Shown here: positions 1 to 7,914 of the stretch, in pieces | How the letters are laid out: each line of letters begins with the position of its first letter | How positions within the stretch are numbered: the first letter of the stretch is position 1 | Source: Betaproteobacteria bacterium | GTDB lineage: Bacteria > Pseudomonadota > Gammaproteobacteria > Burkholderiales > SG8-41 | Length of the DNA: 39,235 nucleotides | Reading direction: 5' to 3' | Assembly (NCBI GenBank): GCA_031427895.1 | Contig: JANPOH010000388.1 | Span: forward strand, 1 to 39,235 | Notes under the pieces: model-generated | Seen by the model: the letters and a program-made list of their open reading frames with translations, nothing else | Databases searched by the model: none | Told to the model about the DNA's origin: nothing | Translations under genes and position numbers: made by a program

Positions 1-138
1 ATCAAGTATCTGCTGAGCCGCTTCGGCTCCGCCGGTGCAGGGAAATCGGCGCTCGATATCCTGGGCGAAGCATACGCTGGGAGAGAGATCAGTCGCGAAG
101 AATACCTGCAAAAACGCGACGATTTGCAGAAAAAGTAG
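1..138 (+). CDS. SHOCT-domain small protein, 3' part (5'-truncated by window)
   Basis: Not in the ORF track. Frame 1 reads [45 protein letters not shown]. The ALDIL..Y..GEIS.EEY...R pattern is the SHOCT C-terminal motif. Confidence 0.75.
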   Translation: MKYLLSRFGSAGAGKSALDILGEAYAGREISREEYLQKRDDLQKK

Positions 139-187
139 GAAATCGTTTTTTTACCGCTGTGCCTTAACTTTGAAAGGAGAATTTCCA

Positions 188-613
188 ATGAGAAAGCCGT
201 TGTTACTCGCGTTACTGACCACGCTCGCGCTGAGTGCGCCGTACGCCTCCGCGCAGCCCGCGACCAAGCCTGAAGCCAAGCCCATGGCGCCTGCCATGGA
301 CATGGACAAGCAGATGGCGCAGATGCAGGAGAACATGAAAAAGATGCAGGATCAGCTTGCTTCCGTCGAAGTGGAGGGCCAGTCTGGCGCGGGCATGGTG
401 AAGGTGACGATGAATTGCCAGTACGGTGTTCGCCGCGTGGCGATCGACGACAGTTTGCTCAAGGACGCAGCCGGCGATAAAGAGATGCTCGAAGACCTGA
501 TCGCCGCCGCCACAAACGACGCAGTGCGCCGCGTCGAGGCCGCCCGCCAGGACAAAATGTCCGGAATGACGGCCGGTCTGCCGCTGCCGCCCGGCTTCAA
601 GATGCCGTTTTGA
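188..613 (+). CDS. ybaB: YbaB/EbfC nucleoid-associated protein with atypical signal-peptide/Met-rich N-terminus (apparent chimera)
   Basis: RBS AAAGGAGA at 173-180, ATG at 188. The C-terminal part ([29 protein letters not shown]...[14 protein letters not shown]...[11 protein letters not shown]) is typical YbaB and lies upstream of recR. The N-terminus [22 protein letters not shown] is Sec-signal-like. Confidence 0.85.
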   Translation: MRKPLLLALLTTLALSAPYASAQPATKPEAKPMAPAMDMDKQMAQMQENMKKMQDQLASVEVEGQSGAGMVKVTMNCQYGVRRVAIDDSLLKDAAGDKEMLEDLIAAATNDAVRRVEAARQDKMSGMTAGLPLPPGFKMPF

Positions 614-737
614 CGGCGATGAGGATGAAGGCTGGACGCCGCCGGGTTGGTTTGATTTCATCCTTCGTTATGCAAACTTGGTATCTCATTCTCCGCATGT
701 TTCGCCGTCGTCGGTCTTTACCCTTCACCTCCGCCAA

Positions 738-1334
738 TTGAAACCCCCAACCGCTCTGGATGAGTTGATAAGCGCGTTGCGTTGCCTGCCCGGTGTCGGC
801 CCGAAGTCGGCGCAGCGTATGGCCTATCATTTGTTGCAGCGCGATCAGGACGGCGCGGGGCGCTTGTCCGGTGCGCTGCGCGGCGCGCTGGAGCGTATTC
901 GTCACTGCGAGCGCTGCAATAGCTTCGCGGAAGAGTTGCTGTGCGAACTGTGCGCGTCGCCGCGCCGCGACGGCACGTTATTGTGCGTGGTGGAGTCGCC
1001 GGGCGATTTGCTGATGGTGGAGCAGACGCAAAGTTATCGCGGCCTGTACTTTGTGTTGCTGGGCGTGCTGTCGCCGCTGGATGGCATCGGCCCAAAAGAG
1101 ATTCAACTTGACCGGCTGCTCAGGCGGGCGACCGACGGCGTGGTGCGCGAAGTGGTGCTTGCGACGAACTTCACCGCCGAAGGCGAGGCGACCGCGCACT
1201 ACATTGGCGAGTTGCTCGGTGCCAGAGGCATCAGCGTCACGCGCATCGCCCGCGGTTTGCCGGTTGGCGGTGAACTGGATCACGTGGATGCCGGCACGCT
1301 CGCGCAAGCCGTGCTGGAGCGGCGCGCGGTATAG
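738..1334 (+). CDS. recR: Recombination mediator RecR
   Basis: [17 protein letters not shown] HhH, C4 zinc finger CERC...CELC, Toprim [19 protein letters not shown] start at 738 ([11 protein letters not shown]) preferred over 678. Confidence 0.96.
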   Translation: MKPPTALDELISALRCLPGVGPKSAQRMAYHLLQRDQDGAGRLSGALRGALERIRHCERCNSFAEELLCELCASPRRDGTLLCVVESPGDLLMVEQTQSYRGLYFVLLGVLSPLDGIGPKEIQLDRLLRRATDGVVREVVLATNFTAEGEATAHYIGELLGARGISVTRIARGLPVGGELDHVDAGTLAQAVLERRAV

Positions 1335-1448
1335 TCGCGGTATAGTTTGTTTTACGCAACGATTGCTCCTGGTTTTGCCTTTGTCCCGAGGATGAAGGTT
1401 TTGGTGTCACGACGCATGCATTCAACGCATTAGAAAAAGGCCATCCCC

Positions 1449-2483
1449 TTGCCAGCCAGACCCTCCACTCCCGAACGCAAGCCTGTCACCGGCGCCGTCG
1501 AATCGCAAAAGCTGCAAAAGGTGCTGGCGCAGGCAGGCATCGGCTCGCGCCGCGCGATGGAAACCTGGATTGAAGCCGGCCGCGTCACGGTCAACGACAA
1601 GCCGGCCACCATCGGCGCGCGCGTCACGCCGGAAGATCGCATCCAGGTCGATGGCCGCGCGGTGCGTATTGAATCGACGGCGCAACCGGCGCGGGTGCTG
1701 ATTTATCACAAGCCCGAAGGCGAAATTGTCACGCGCGAAGACCCGCAAGGGCGCGAAACCGTGTTTACCAAATTGCCGCGATTGCGCGGCGCGCGCTGGC
1801 TGTCGATCGGGCGCCTGGATGTCAGCACCAGCGGGCTGCTGATCTTCACCACGTCGGGCGAGCTGGCGAATACCATGATGCATCCGCGATTTGCGGTCGA
1901 GCGCGAATATGCCGCCAGAACCTTCGGCACCTTGTCCGCCGAGCAGGCGGCCCAACTGCGAAAGGGGGTCGCCCTCGAAGACGGCGAGGCGCATTTTGAA
2001 TCGCTGGTGGACGAAGGCGGAGAGGGGTCCAACCACTGGTACCGCATCATCGTCAGCGAAGGACGCAACCGGCTGGTGCGCCGCATGTTCGAGGCGGTTG
2101 GCTTTACCGTCAGCCGCTTGATGCGCGTGCGTTTCGGCGTACTGGCGCTGCCGTCGCGCTTAAAGCGCGGTCAATTCAGCGAGCTGGAGCCGGAGGAAGT
2201 GCGCCGCCTGACCGATTGGCTGTCGCGTCCCGGGCGTGCAGCCGAGGGCGCGCGTTCCGCCAGAGCGCCTGCCGCGCCGGTTGCACGCGCGACGCGGGTC
2301 GCGCCGGTTGCACGTGCGACGCGGGCCGCACCCGTTGCAAGTGGAGCGCGGGCCGCGCCGGCGTCGCCAAAGCGCACGCATTCATCGCGCGTCAACACAA
2401 AAACGCAATCATCTCCGCCGCTGGTATCGGGCCAGAAAAACGGCAAGCGCGGCCACGCGCGCTCCACCCGCTCGCGGGCGTGA
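1449..2483 (+). CDS. rluB: 23S rRNA pseudouridine synthase RluB (RsuA family) with basic low-complexity tail
   Basis: S4 domain KLQKVLAQAGIGSRR, catalytic GRLD, EGRNRLVRRMFEAVG and VSRLMRVRFG. Start codon uncertain. Confidence 0.9.
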   Translation: MPARPSTPERKPVTGAVESQKLQKVLAQAGIGSRRAMETWIEAGRVTVNDKPATIGARVTPEDRIQVDGRAVRIESTAQPARVLIYHKPEGEIVTREDPQGRETVFTKLPRLRGARWLSIGRLDVSTSGLLIFTTSGELANTMMHPRFAVEREYAARTFGTLSAEQAAQLRKGVALEDGEAHFESLVDEGGEGSNHWYRIIVSEGRNRLVRRMFEAVGFTVSRLMRVRFGVLALPSRLKRGQFSELEPEEVRRLTDWLSRPGRAAEGARSARAPAAPVARATRVAPVARATRAAPVASGARAAPASPKRTHSSRVNTKTQSSPPLVSGQKNGKRGHARSTRSRA

Positions 2484-3271
2484 CCGCATTCCACGATCAG
2501 TATGCCCGCCGGGTTTAAATGAGCGGCCGCCTGCGCCAGAATCACTCGCACGGCGTCCAGACCGTCACGACCGCCGGCCAGCGCCAGCGCGGGTTCGCGC
2601 CGATATTCCCGCGGTAGCGAGCGCATCACTGTCTCGCGCACATAGGGCGGGTTGGTGATAATGAGGTCGTAGCGCTGCTTTTTCAATCCTGCAAAATAGT
2701 CTGACGGTATCAGGCGAATGCGTTGCGTCAGCCGATGGCGGCGCAGGTTAATTTGCGCGACCTCGAGTGCGTCGGCGGAGATATCCGCCGCGTCAACGCG
2801 GGCGTTTTTAAAATGCTTGGCCAACAATATGGCGAGGCATCCTGATCCGGTACACAGGTCGAGCGCGCGCTTCACCCGGGTTTTCGCGGGCCAGTACGGC
2901 GCGGCATCATCCCGTAACAACAATTCGGCAATGTATGAGCGCGGCACCAGCGCGCGTTCGTCGATGTAAAAACGATGCTTGCCGAGCCATGCTTCGCGGG
3001 TGAGGTAGGCGACCGGGATGCGTTGCTCGATGCGTTGCTGGAACAGCGCGAGCACCCGTGCCGCTTGCGCCGCAGTGACCGCGCGCTTGACCGGCAGTTG
3101 ATCCAGCGGCAGTTTCAGCGTGTGCAGCGTGAGATAAATCGCCTCGTCGCGGGCGTTGGTGGTGCCGTGCCCGTAACTTACCCCGGCCGCCGTGAACCAG
3201 CGCTCGCCGCAACGGGCGAGCGCACCCACCGTGGCGGGCGTGGGCGCCGGGCTATCCCGCGAGCTAACCAA
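2171..3271 (-). CDS. prmB: 50S ribosomal protein L3 N5-glutamine methyltransferase PrmB, C-terminally extended
   Basis: YGHGTTNARDEA, RIPVAYLT, FYIDERALVPRSYIAELL, SAM motif LDLCTGSGC, NPPY, EPALALAGGRDGLD. Confidence 0.93.
   Translation of the reverse strand: MVSSRDSPAPTPATVGALARCGERWFTAAGVSYGHGTTNARDEAIYLTLHTLKLPLDQLPVKRAVTAAQAARVLALFQQRIEQRIPVAYLTREAWLGKHRFYIDERALVPRSYIAELLLRDDAAPYWPAKTRVKRALDLCTGSGCLAILLAKHFKNARVDAADISADALEVAQINLRRHRLTQRIRLIPSDYFAGLKKQRYDLIITNPPYVRETVMRSLPREYRREPALALAGGRDGLDAVRVILAQAAAHLNPAGILIVECGHARERVERAWPRLPFFWPDTSGGDDCVFVLTRDECVRFGDAGAARAPLATGAARVARATGATRVARATGAAGALAERAPSAARPGRDSQSVRRRTSSGSSSLN
2274..2361. repeat. 27-bp tandem repeat, about 3.3 degenerate copies
   Basis: gcgccggttgcacgcgcgacgcgggtc / gcgccggttgcacgtgcgacgcgggcc / gcacccgttgcaagtggagcgcgggcc / gcgccgg. 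Confidence 0.9.
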
Positions 3272-4436
3272 GCGCGTCGAGATTCAACTTAATGCTGCTG
3301 ATGTCTTCTGGCGGCCTGGGCGCGCCGGACGACGAAGAGGGTTTGCCGGATTTATCGTCTTTTTTCATGGCGTTGTCGATGAGCCAGCGCAAATTGGTGG
3401 GCGAATCGGAATTGGCCAATGCTTCGTCGAGCGTGATGGTGCCGGCGGCGTAATGCTTGAACAGCGCCTGCTCGAAGGTTTGCGAGCCGGGCGCCATGCT
3501 TTGTTCCATGGCTTCCTTGATCGCGCTCAGATCGCCCTTGGCGATCAGTTCCTGTATGTACTTGGTATTGAGCAGCACCTCCACCGCCGGTATGCGGCGG
3601 CCATCCGCCGTGCGTACCAGCCGCTGGGAAATCACGCAGCGGATGCCGATGGCCAGATCGGCGAGCACCGCATCACGCATGTCGCGCGGGAAAAAGTTAA
3701 CAATGCGGTTGAGCGCGTTGTAGCTGTTGTTGGCGTGCAGGGTGGTCATGCACAAGTGGCCCGTCTGCGCGAACAACAGGGCGCTTTGCAGCGTGTCTTT
3801 GTCGCGCACTTCGCCGATCATTAGCAGATCCGGCGCTTCACGCATGGCACTGATGAGGGCGTCCTGGTAGGAGCGCGTATCCACGCGCACTTCGCGCTGG
3901 TTGACAATGGATTTTTTGTGCCGGAAGGCGAATTCCACCGGGTCTTCGATCGTTAAAATATGTCCGGAGCGGATGGTATTGCGATAGTCGATCATCGAAG
4001 CCATGCTGGTGGACTTGCCCGATCCCGTGGAGCCGACAATCAAGATCAGCCCCAGTTTTTCCATGATGACTTCTTTCAGAATATCGGGCAGCCCCAGTGT
4101 GTCGAACGCCGGCACATCGGGCTTGACGAAGCGCACCACCATGCCAATCGTATTGCGCTGCTGAAAAATATTGATACGGAAATTGCCGATGGAGCCGTCG
4201 GCGCCGGCTTCGCCGCGGCGCGCAAAGTTCATTTCGAGTCGGTCTTCAAATTCGGTGATTTGCTTCGGCGACATGATCTCGTAGCAAATCTGCTTGACCT
4301 GCGCGGGGTCGAGCGCCTGGTTGTTAATGGGCATTACGGTGCCGTTGATCTTGATCTGGATCGGCGCACCCGCGGTGAAAAACATGTCCGACGCCTGTTT
4401 TTCGGCCATCAGCTTGAACAAGGGATCAACAAACAT
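3264..4436 (-). CDS. pilU: PilT/PilU-family type IV pilus retraction ATPase (PilU-like)
   Basis: ASDMFFTAG, Walker A GSTGSGKST, TIEDPVE Asp box, REAPD...IGEVRD, TGH..TTLHAN His box. Lacks the PilT AIRNLIRE motif (YIQELIAKG here). Confidence 0.85.
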   Translation of the reverse strand: MFVDPLFKLMAEKQASDMFFTAGAPIQIKINGTVMPINNQALDPAQVKQICYEIMSPKQITEFEDRLEMNFARRGEAGADGSIGNFRINIFQQRNTIGMVVRFVKPDVPAFDTLGLPDILKEVIMEKLGLILIVGSTGSGKSTSMASMIDYRNTIRSGHILTIEDPVEFAFRHKKSIVNQREVRVDTRSYQDALISAMREAPDLLMIGEVRDKDTLQSALLFAQTGHLCMTTLHANNSYNALNRIVNFFPRDMRDAVLADLAIGIRCVISQRLVRTADGRRIPAVEVLLNTKYIQELIAKGDLSAIKEAMEQSMAPGSQTFEQALFKHYAAGTITLDEALANSDSPTNLRWLIDNAMKKDDKSGKPSSSSGAPRPPEDISSIKLNLDALG

Positions 4437-4483
4437 GGCGGTTTACCTTTTTGAGAAATAGGGTCGTGGGTTGCAGGATAACG

Positions 4484-5182
4484 TCAGGTGCGCGGCGGGG
4501 CAAAGGAGGCGGGCAAAGGGGCATGCGCCCGTTTGCCGAAACTACGCAGGTTATTGGGTTGGGCGAGCACTACCTTGCCGATCTCCTCGAAAAAATCGCT
4601 ATTAATATCAGCGGCATCGAACGATTGTTTGACCTCGCCCAGCAATTCGACATTGCGTAGCGTCAGCTCGTAGCCGCCCGTGTCCCAGTTCCCCACCAGC
4701 AAAATAACCGATGGAATCTTGCCCGACAGCGTGATGTTGGAGCGCACGATACGCCCGTTACTGTCGCGAATATCGCGATCCTGAAACGGCACGCCGTAGG
4801 CCCACAGATACTCCTTCATCAGATTGGCCTGTCGCGTTTCTTTGTCGAAAGCCAGTTGCTCCGTGCCGGAACACATGCAGTGCAAACTTACATCGGTCAG
4901 ATAATCATTGCCGCCGATCGTCTTTCGGTGGTCCCGCGTGGTGTAGTCGCCCTGCAACAGATTGGACAGCTTGGTGCTGCCTTCGATATAGAACTGCCGC
5001 CGTATATCGGGTTTGACCACATTCAGCGATTGCGCGAGTTCGCCGAGGTAGCGGGATGCTTTTTGCAACGCCTCATGCACCGCCTCGAAGTACGGGTGTA
5101 TTCGCGATTCAAGGTCGCGGGCGGAAGGCGCTTGACGCAGCGCGTCATCCGCCTGTTTTTTCAGATCATCCAGTAGTCCCAT
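4484..5182 (-). CDS. Hypothetical protein, about 232 aa
   Basis: Protein-like ORF filling the gap between dapD and pilU in the same orientation. RBS GAGGGAG 7 nt before ATG at 5182 (MGLLDDLKKQADD). Confidence 0.8.
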   Translation of the reverse strand: MGLLDDLKKQADDALRQAPSARDLESRIHPYFEAVHEALQKASRYLGELAQSLNVVKPDIRRQFYIEGSTKLSNLLQGDYTTRDHRKTIGGNDYLTDVSLHCMCSGTEQLAFDKETRQANLMKEYLWAYGVPFQDRDIRDSNGRIVRSNITLSGKIPSVILLVGNWDTGGYELTLRNVELLGEVKQSFDAADINSDFFEEIGKVVLAQPNNLRSFGKRAHAPLPASFAPPRT

Positions 5183-5245
5183 ATCCACACTCCCTCATGG
5201 CAAATACGGCTTGTGCCCAAGGCCAAGCGGGCAGGCAGCCGGTTC

Positions 5246-5261
5246 AGCACCTATTGTGCCC
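5246..5261 (-). promoter_or_regulatory. Possible sigma-54 (-24/-12) promoter for the hypothetical-pilU unit
   Basis: Minus strand GGGCACAATAGGTGCT has GG-N10-GC spacing with GGCAC and TGCT. It deviates from TGGCACR-N4-TTGCW at two positions. Confidence 0.3.
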
Positions 5262-5291
5262 ATTCCCCCGGCGCTTGCAAAGCGCGGTGGA

Positions 5292-6116
5292 TCAATCGCT
5301 GCGGAGCAATTCGTTGATGCTGGTTTTGGAACGGGTTTGCGCGTCCACCTGCTTGACGATCACCGCGCAGTACAGATTGCACTTACCATCGGACGAAGGC
5401 AGCGATCCCGACACCACCACGGAGCCCGCAGGCACGCGGCCATACAGCACTTCGCCGGTCTGGCGATGATAAATTTTTGTGCTTTGCCCGATGAATACGC
5501 CCATCGATATCACCGAGCCGGCTTCGACCACCACGCCTTCGACGATTTCGGAGCGCGCGCCGATAAAGCAGTTGTCTTCGATGATGGTCGGATTGGCTTG
5601 CAACGGTTCAAGCACGCCGCCGATGCCGACGCCCCCGGACAGATGCACGTTCTTGCCGATTTGCGCGCAGGAGCCGACCGTGGCCCAGGTATCGACCATG
5701 GTGGATTCATCGACGTAGGCGCCAATGTTGACGAACGACGGCATCAGAATCACGTTCTTCGCGATGTACGAGCCGCGGCGGGCGGCGGCGGGCGGCACCA
5801 CGCGATAGCCTGCCTGTGCAAAATCATTCGCGCTGAAACCCGCGAATTTCGACGCCACCTTGTCGTAGTACTGCGAATAACCGTCTTTCAGCACCGCGTT
5901 GTCTTGCAGCCGGAACGACAGCAGCACCGCTGTTTTGATCCACTGGTGGGTTTCCCACTGGCCGTTGATTTTTTCGGCGACGCGCAGCGTGCCGGCATCG
6001 AGTTGATCGATGACGCTGTTCACCGCGTCGCGCACCGTGGCGGGCGCCTGGGCAGGGGAAAGGCTGGCCCGGTCATCCCAGGCCTGATCGATGGTGTTTT
6101 GCAGTGTATTTGACAT
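5292..6116 (-). CDS. dapD: Tetrahydrodipicolinate N-succinyltransferase
   Basis: [74 protein letters not shown]. Confidence 0.98.
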   Translation of the reverse strand: MSNTLQNTIDQAWDDRASLSPAQAPATVRDAVNSVIDQLDAGTLRVAEKINGQWETHQWIKTAVLLSFRLQDNAVLKDGYSQYYDKVASKFAGFSANDFAQAGYRVVPPAAARRGSYIAKNVILMPSFVNIGAYVDESTMVDTWATVGSCAQIGKNVHLSGGVGIGGVLEPLQANPTIIEDNCFIGARSEIVEGVVVEAGSVISMGVFIGQSTKIYHRQTGEVLYGRVPAGSVVVSGSLPSSDGKCNLYCAVIVKQVDAQTRSKTSINELLRSD

Positions 6117-6132
6117 AAGTATTTGATTATAA
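6116..6132 (+). promoter_or_regulatory. IHF-consensus-like site (one copy of the dispersed motif)
   Basis: TAAGTATTTGATT matches YAA-N4-TTGATW exactly, in the dapC-dapD gap. Confidence 0.5.
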
Positions 6133-6136
6133 ATGA

Positions 6137-7324
6137 TTAATTTTTAATAATAGCAGCGATACGACGCGCGCTTTCGGCGCATTCCTCGACCGTGGAGACC
6201 AATGCTACGCGAACGCGATTGGTGCCGGGGTTTACGCCGCCCGAATCGCGGGCGAGAAAACTGCCCGGCAGCACGGTCACATTTTTCTCGATATACAGCC
6301 GCCGCGCAAATTCGGTGTCGCTGCCGACGGTGGGCAGCCATAAATAAAATGCCGCGTCGGGCCAGGTGACATCACACACCGGTTGCAGTATCGACAATGC
6401 CGTGTCAAATTTCTCGCGGTAGAGACGGCGATTTTCAATGACGTGCGCCTCATCGCCCCACGCCGTGGCGCTGGCGACTTGCACCGGGCCGCTCATGGCG
6501 CAGCCGTGGTAGGTGCGGTAGAGCAGATATTGCTTGATGATGGCGGCGTCGCCCGCGACAAAGCCGGAGCGCATGCCGGGCACGTTGGAGCGTTTCGATA
6601 GGCTGGAAAACATCACCAGCCGCGGAAATCCGTCGCGGCCCAATTGGCGCGCGGCGTCGAGCGCGCCCAGCGGGGGCTTGCCTTCGTCAAAGTAAATCTC
6701 GGAGTAGCATTCGTCGGAAGCGATGACAAAACCGTATTTATCCGACAGCTCAAACAGCGCTTTCCATTCCGCCAGCGACATTACCGCGCCGGTGGGGTTG
6801 CCGGGCGAGCAGGTGTAGATCAGTTGCGTGCGTTTCCACACCGCATCGGGAATATCGTTCAGGTTCGCCGCGTAGCGATTTTGCGGCATGCTGTTAAGAA
6901 AGTACGGCGTGGCGCGGCCCAGCAGCGCCGCGCCTTCATAAATCTGATAAAACGGATTGGGGCAAATCACCACCGGGTCGGACTTGCGCGGGTCGATCAC
7001 TGCCTGGGCGAACGAAAACAACGCTTCGCGGCTGCCGGTTACGGGGATTACCTGTGTCGCCGGATCCAGTTTGACGTTGTAGCGCTGCCCGGCCCAAGTG
7101 GCGATGGCCCCGCGCAGTGCGTCGCTACCGGCGGTGGCCGGGTAAATCGCCAGGCCCGCGAGACTGTCGATCAGCGATTGCCTGATGAATTCGGGTGTGG
7201 GGTGCCGCGGCTCGCCAATATACAGCGAGATCGGTGTCAGCGCGGGATTCGGCGTCGCGCCGTCGAGCAGCAGACTCAACTTCTGAAACGGATAGGTTTG
7301 GAGTTTGTCCAGATCGGGGTTCAA
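6137..7324 (-). CDS. dapC: Succinyldiaminopimelate transaminase (class I PLP aminotransferase)
   Basis: [58 protein letters not shown]. Directly upstream of dapD. Confidence 0.95.
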   Translation of the reverse strand: MNPDLDKLQTYPFQKLSLLLDGATPNPALTPISLYIGEPRHPTPEFIRQSLIDSLAGLAIYPATAGSDALRGAIATWAGQRYNVKLDPATQVIPVTGSREALFSFAQAVIDPRKSDPVVICPNPFYQIYEGAALLGRATPYFLNSMPQNRYAANLNDIPDAVWKRTQLIYTCSPGNPTGAVMSLAEWKALFELSDKYGFVIASDECYSEIYFDEGKPPLGALDAARQLGRDGFPRLVMFSSLSKRSNVPGMRSGFVAGDAAIIKQYLLYRTYHGCAMSGPVQVASATAWGDEAHVIENRRLYREKFDTALSILQPVCDVTWPDAAFYLWLPTVGSDTEFARRLYIEKNVTVLPGSFLARDSGGVNPGTNRVRVALVSTVEECAESARRIAAIIKN

Positions 7325-7413
7325 GGGATGCTTTCGGGTGACTGCCGCGTGTGTGGAAGCGAAAAACGTCGCAACTTGTGGCGTTCACGCAAGCCGAGGA
7401 TTATAAAGCGATT

Positions 7414-7839
7414 TTACCGCGTGCTGGCTGAATGTGCGTCCGCTGTATAGTCCGGCAGCGATGAGGGTTTCCAGCCGCGTTGCGCGTGCTCGGCGACCAC
7501 GGTGGTGAAAATACCGCCGCGCACGTAAAAGCGCGCGCTCATCCGCATAAAGCGCGGCGCCAGCGCGCGCACCAGATCGTCGAGAATGGTATTGGTCACT
7601 GCTTCGTGAAACGCGCCTTTATCGCGGTACGACCACACATATAGTTTCAGGCTTTTCAGCTCAACGCAGCGTTTGTCGGGCACGTAATCGAGCACCAAAG
7701 TGGCGAAATCGGGCTGGCCGGTTTTGGGGCAAAGGCATGTAAATTCAGGAATTTCCATGTGAATCCGGTAGTCGCGGCGGGGCGCCGGATTTGGAAACGT
7801 TTCAAGCGCGGTGGACGGCTGCGTGGGCTTGCGTGGCAT
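7414..7839 (-). CDS. queF: preQ0 reductase QueF (short unimodular type)
   Basis: [36 protein letters not shown]. Confidence 0.96.
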   Translation of the reverse strand: MPRKPTQPSTALETFPNPAPRRDYRIHMEIPEFTCLCPKTGQPDFATLVLDYVPDKRCVELKSLKLYVWSYRDKGAFHEAVTNTILDDLVRALAPRFMRMSARFYVRGGIFTTVVAEHAQRGWKPSSLPDYTADAHSASTR

Positions 7840-7864
7840 TATCGGCGGGGGGTAAATCAGTTAG

Positions 7865-7896
7865 AATGTTGAGCGAAATTCAACGTTGATTATAAC
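7865..7896. promoter_or_regulatory. Divergent queF/smc promoter region with overlapping palindromes
   Basis: Plus strand TTGAGC(7869)-16 nt-TATAAC(7891). Minus strand TATAAT at 7889-7894. AATGTTGA-N7-TCAACGTT inverted repeat and perfect palindrome TCAACGTTGA (7880-7889). Confidence 0.5.
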
Positions 7897-7914
7897 CTCT
7901 GTCAGAGTAAACCA

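Noticed and set aside
35-187. N-terminal extension of the ybaB ORF from GTG 35
   Set aside because: Overlaps the SHOCT gene in another frame. The strong RBS points to ATG 188.
2274-2361. CRISPR-like array
   Set aside because: Units are contiguous with no spacers, lie in coding frames, and no cas genes are present.
7840-7914. preQ1 riboswitch upstream of queF
   Set aside because: No preQ1 stem-loop with an A-rich tail is recognisable on the minus strand. The gap is mostly promoter.
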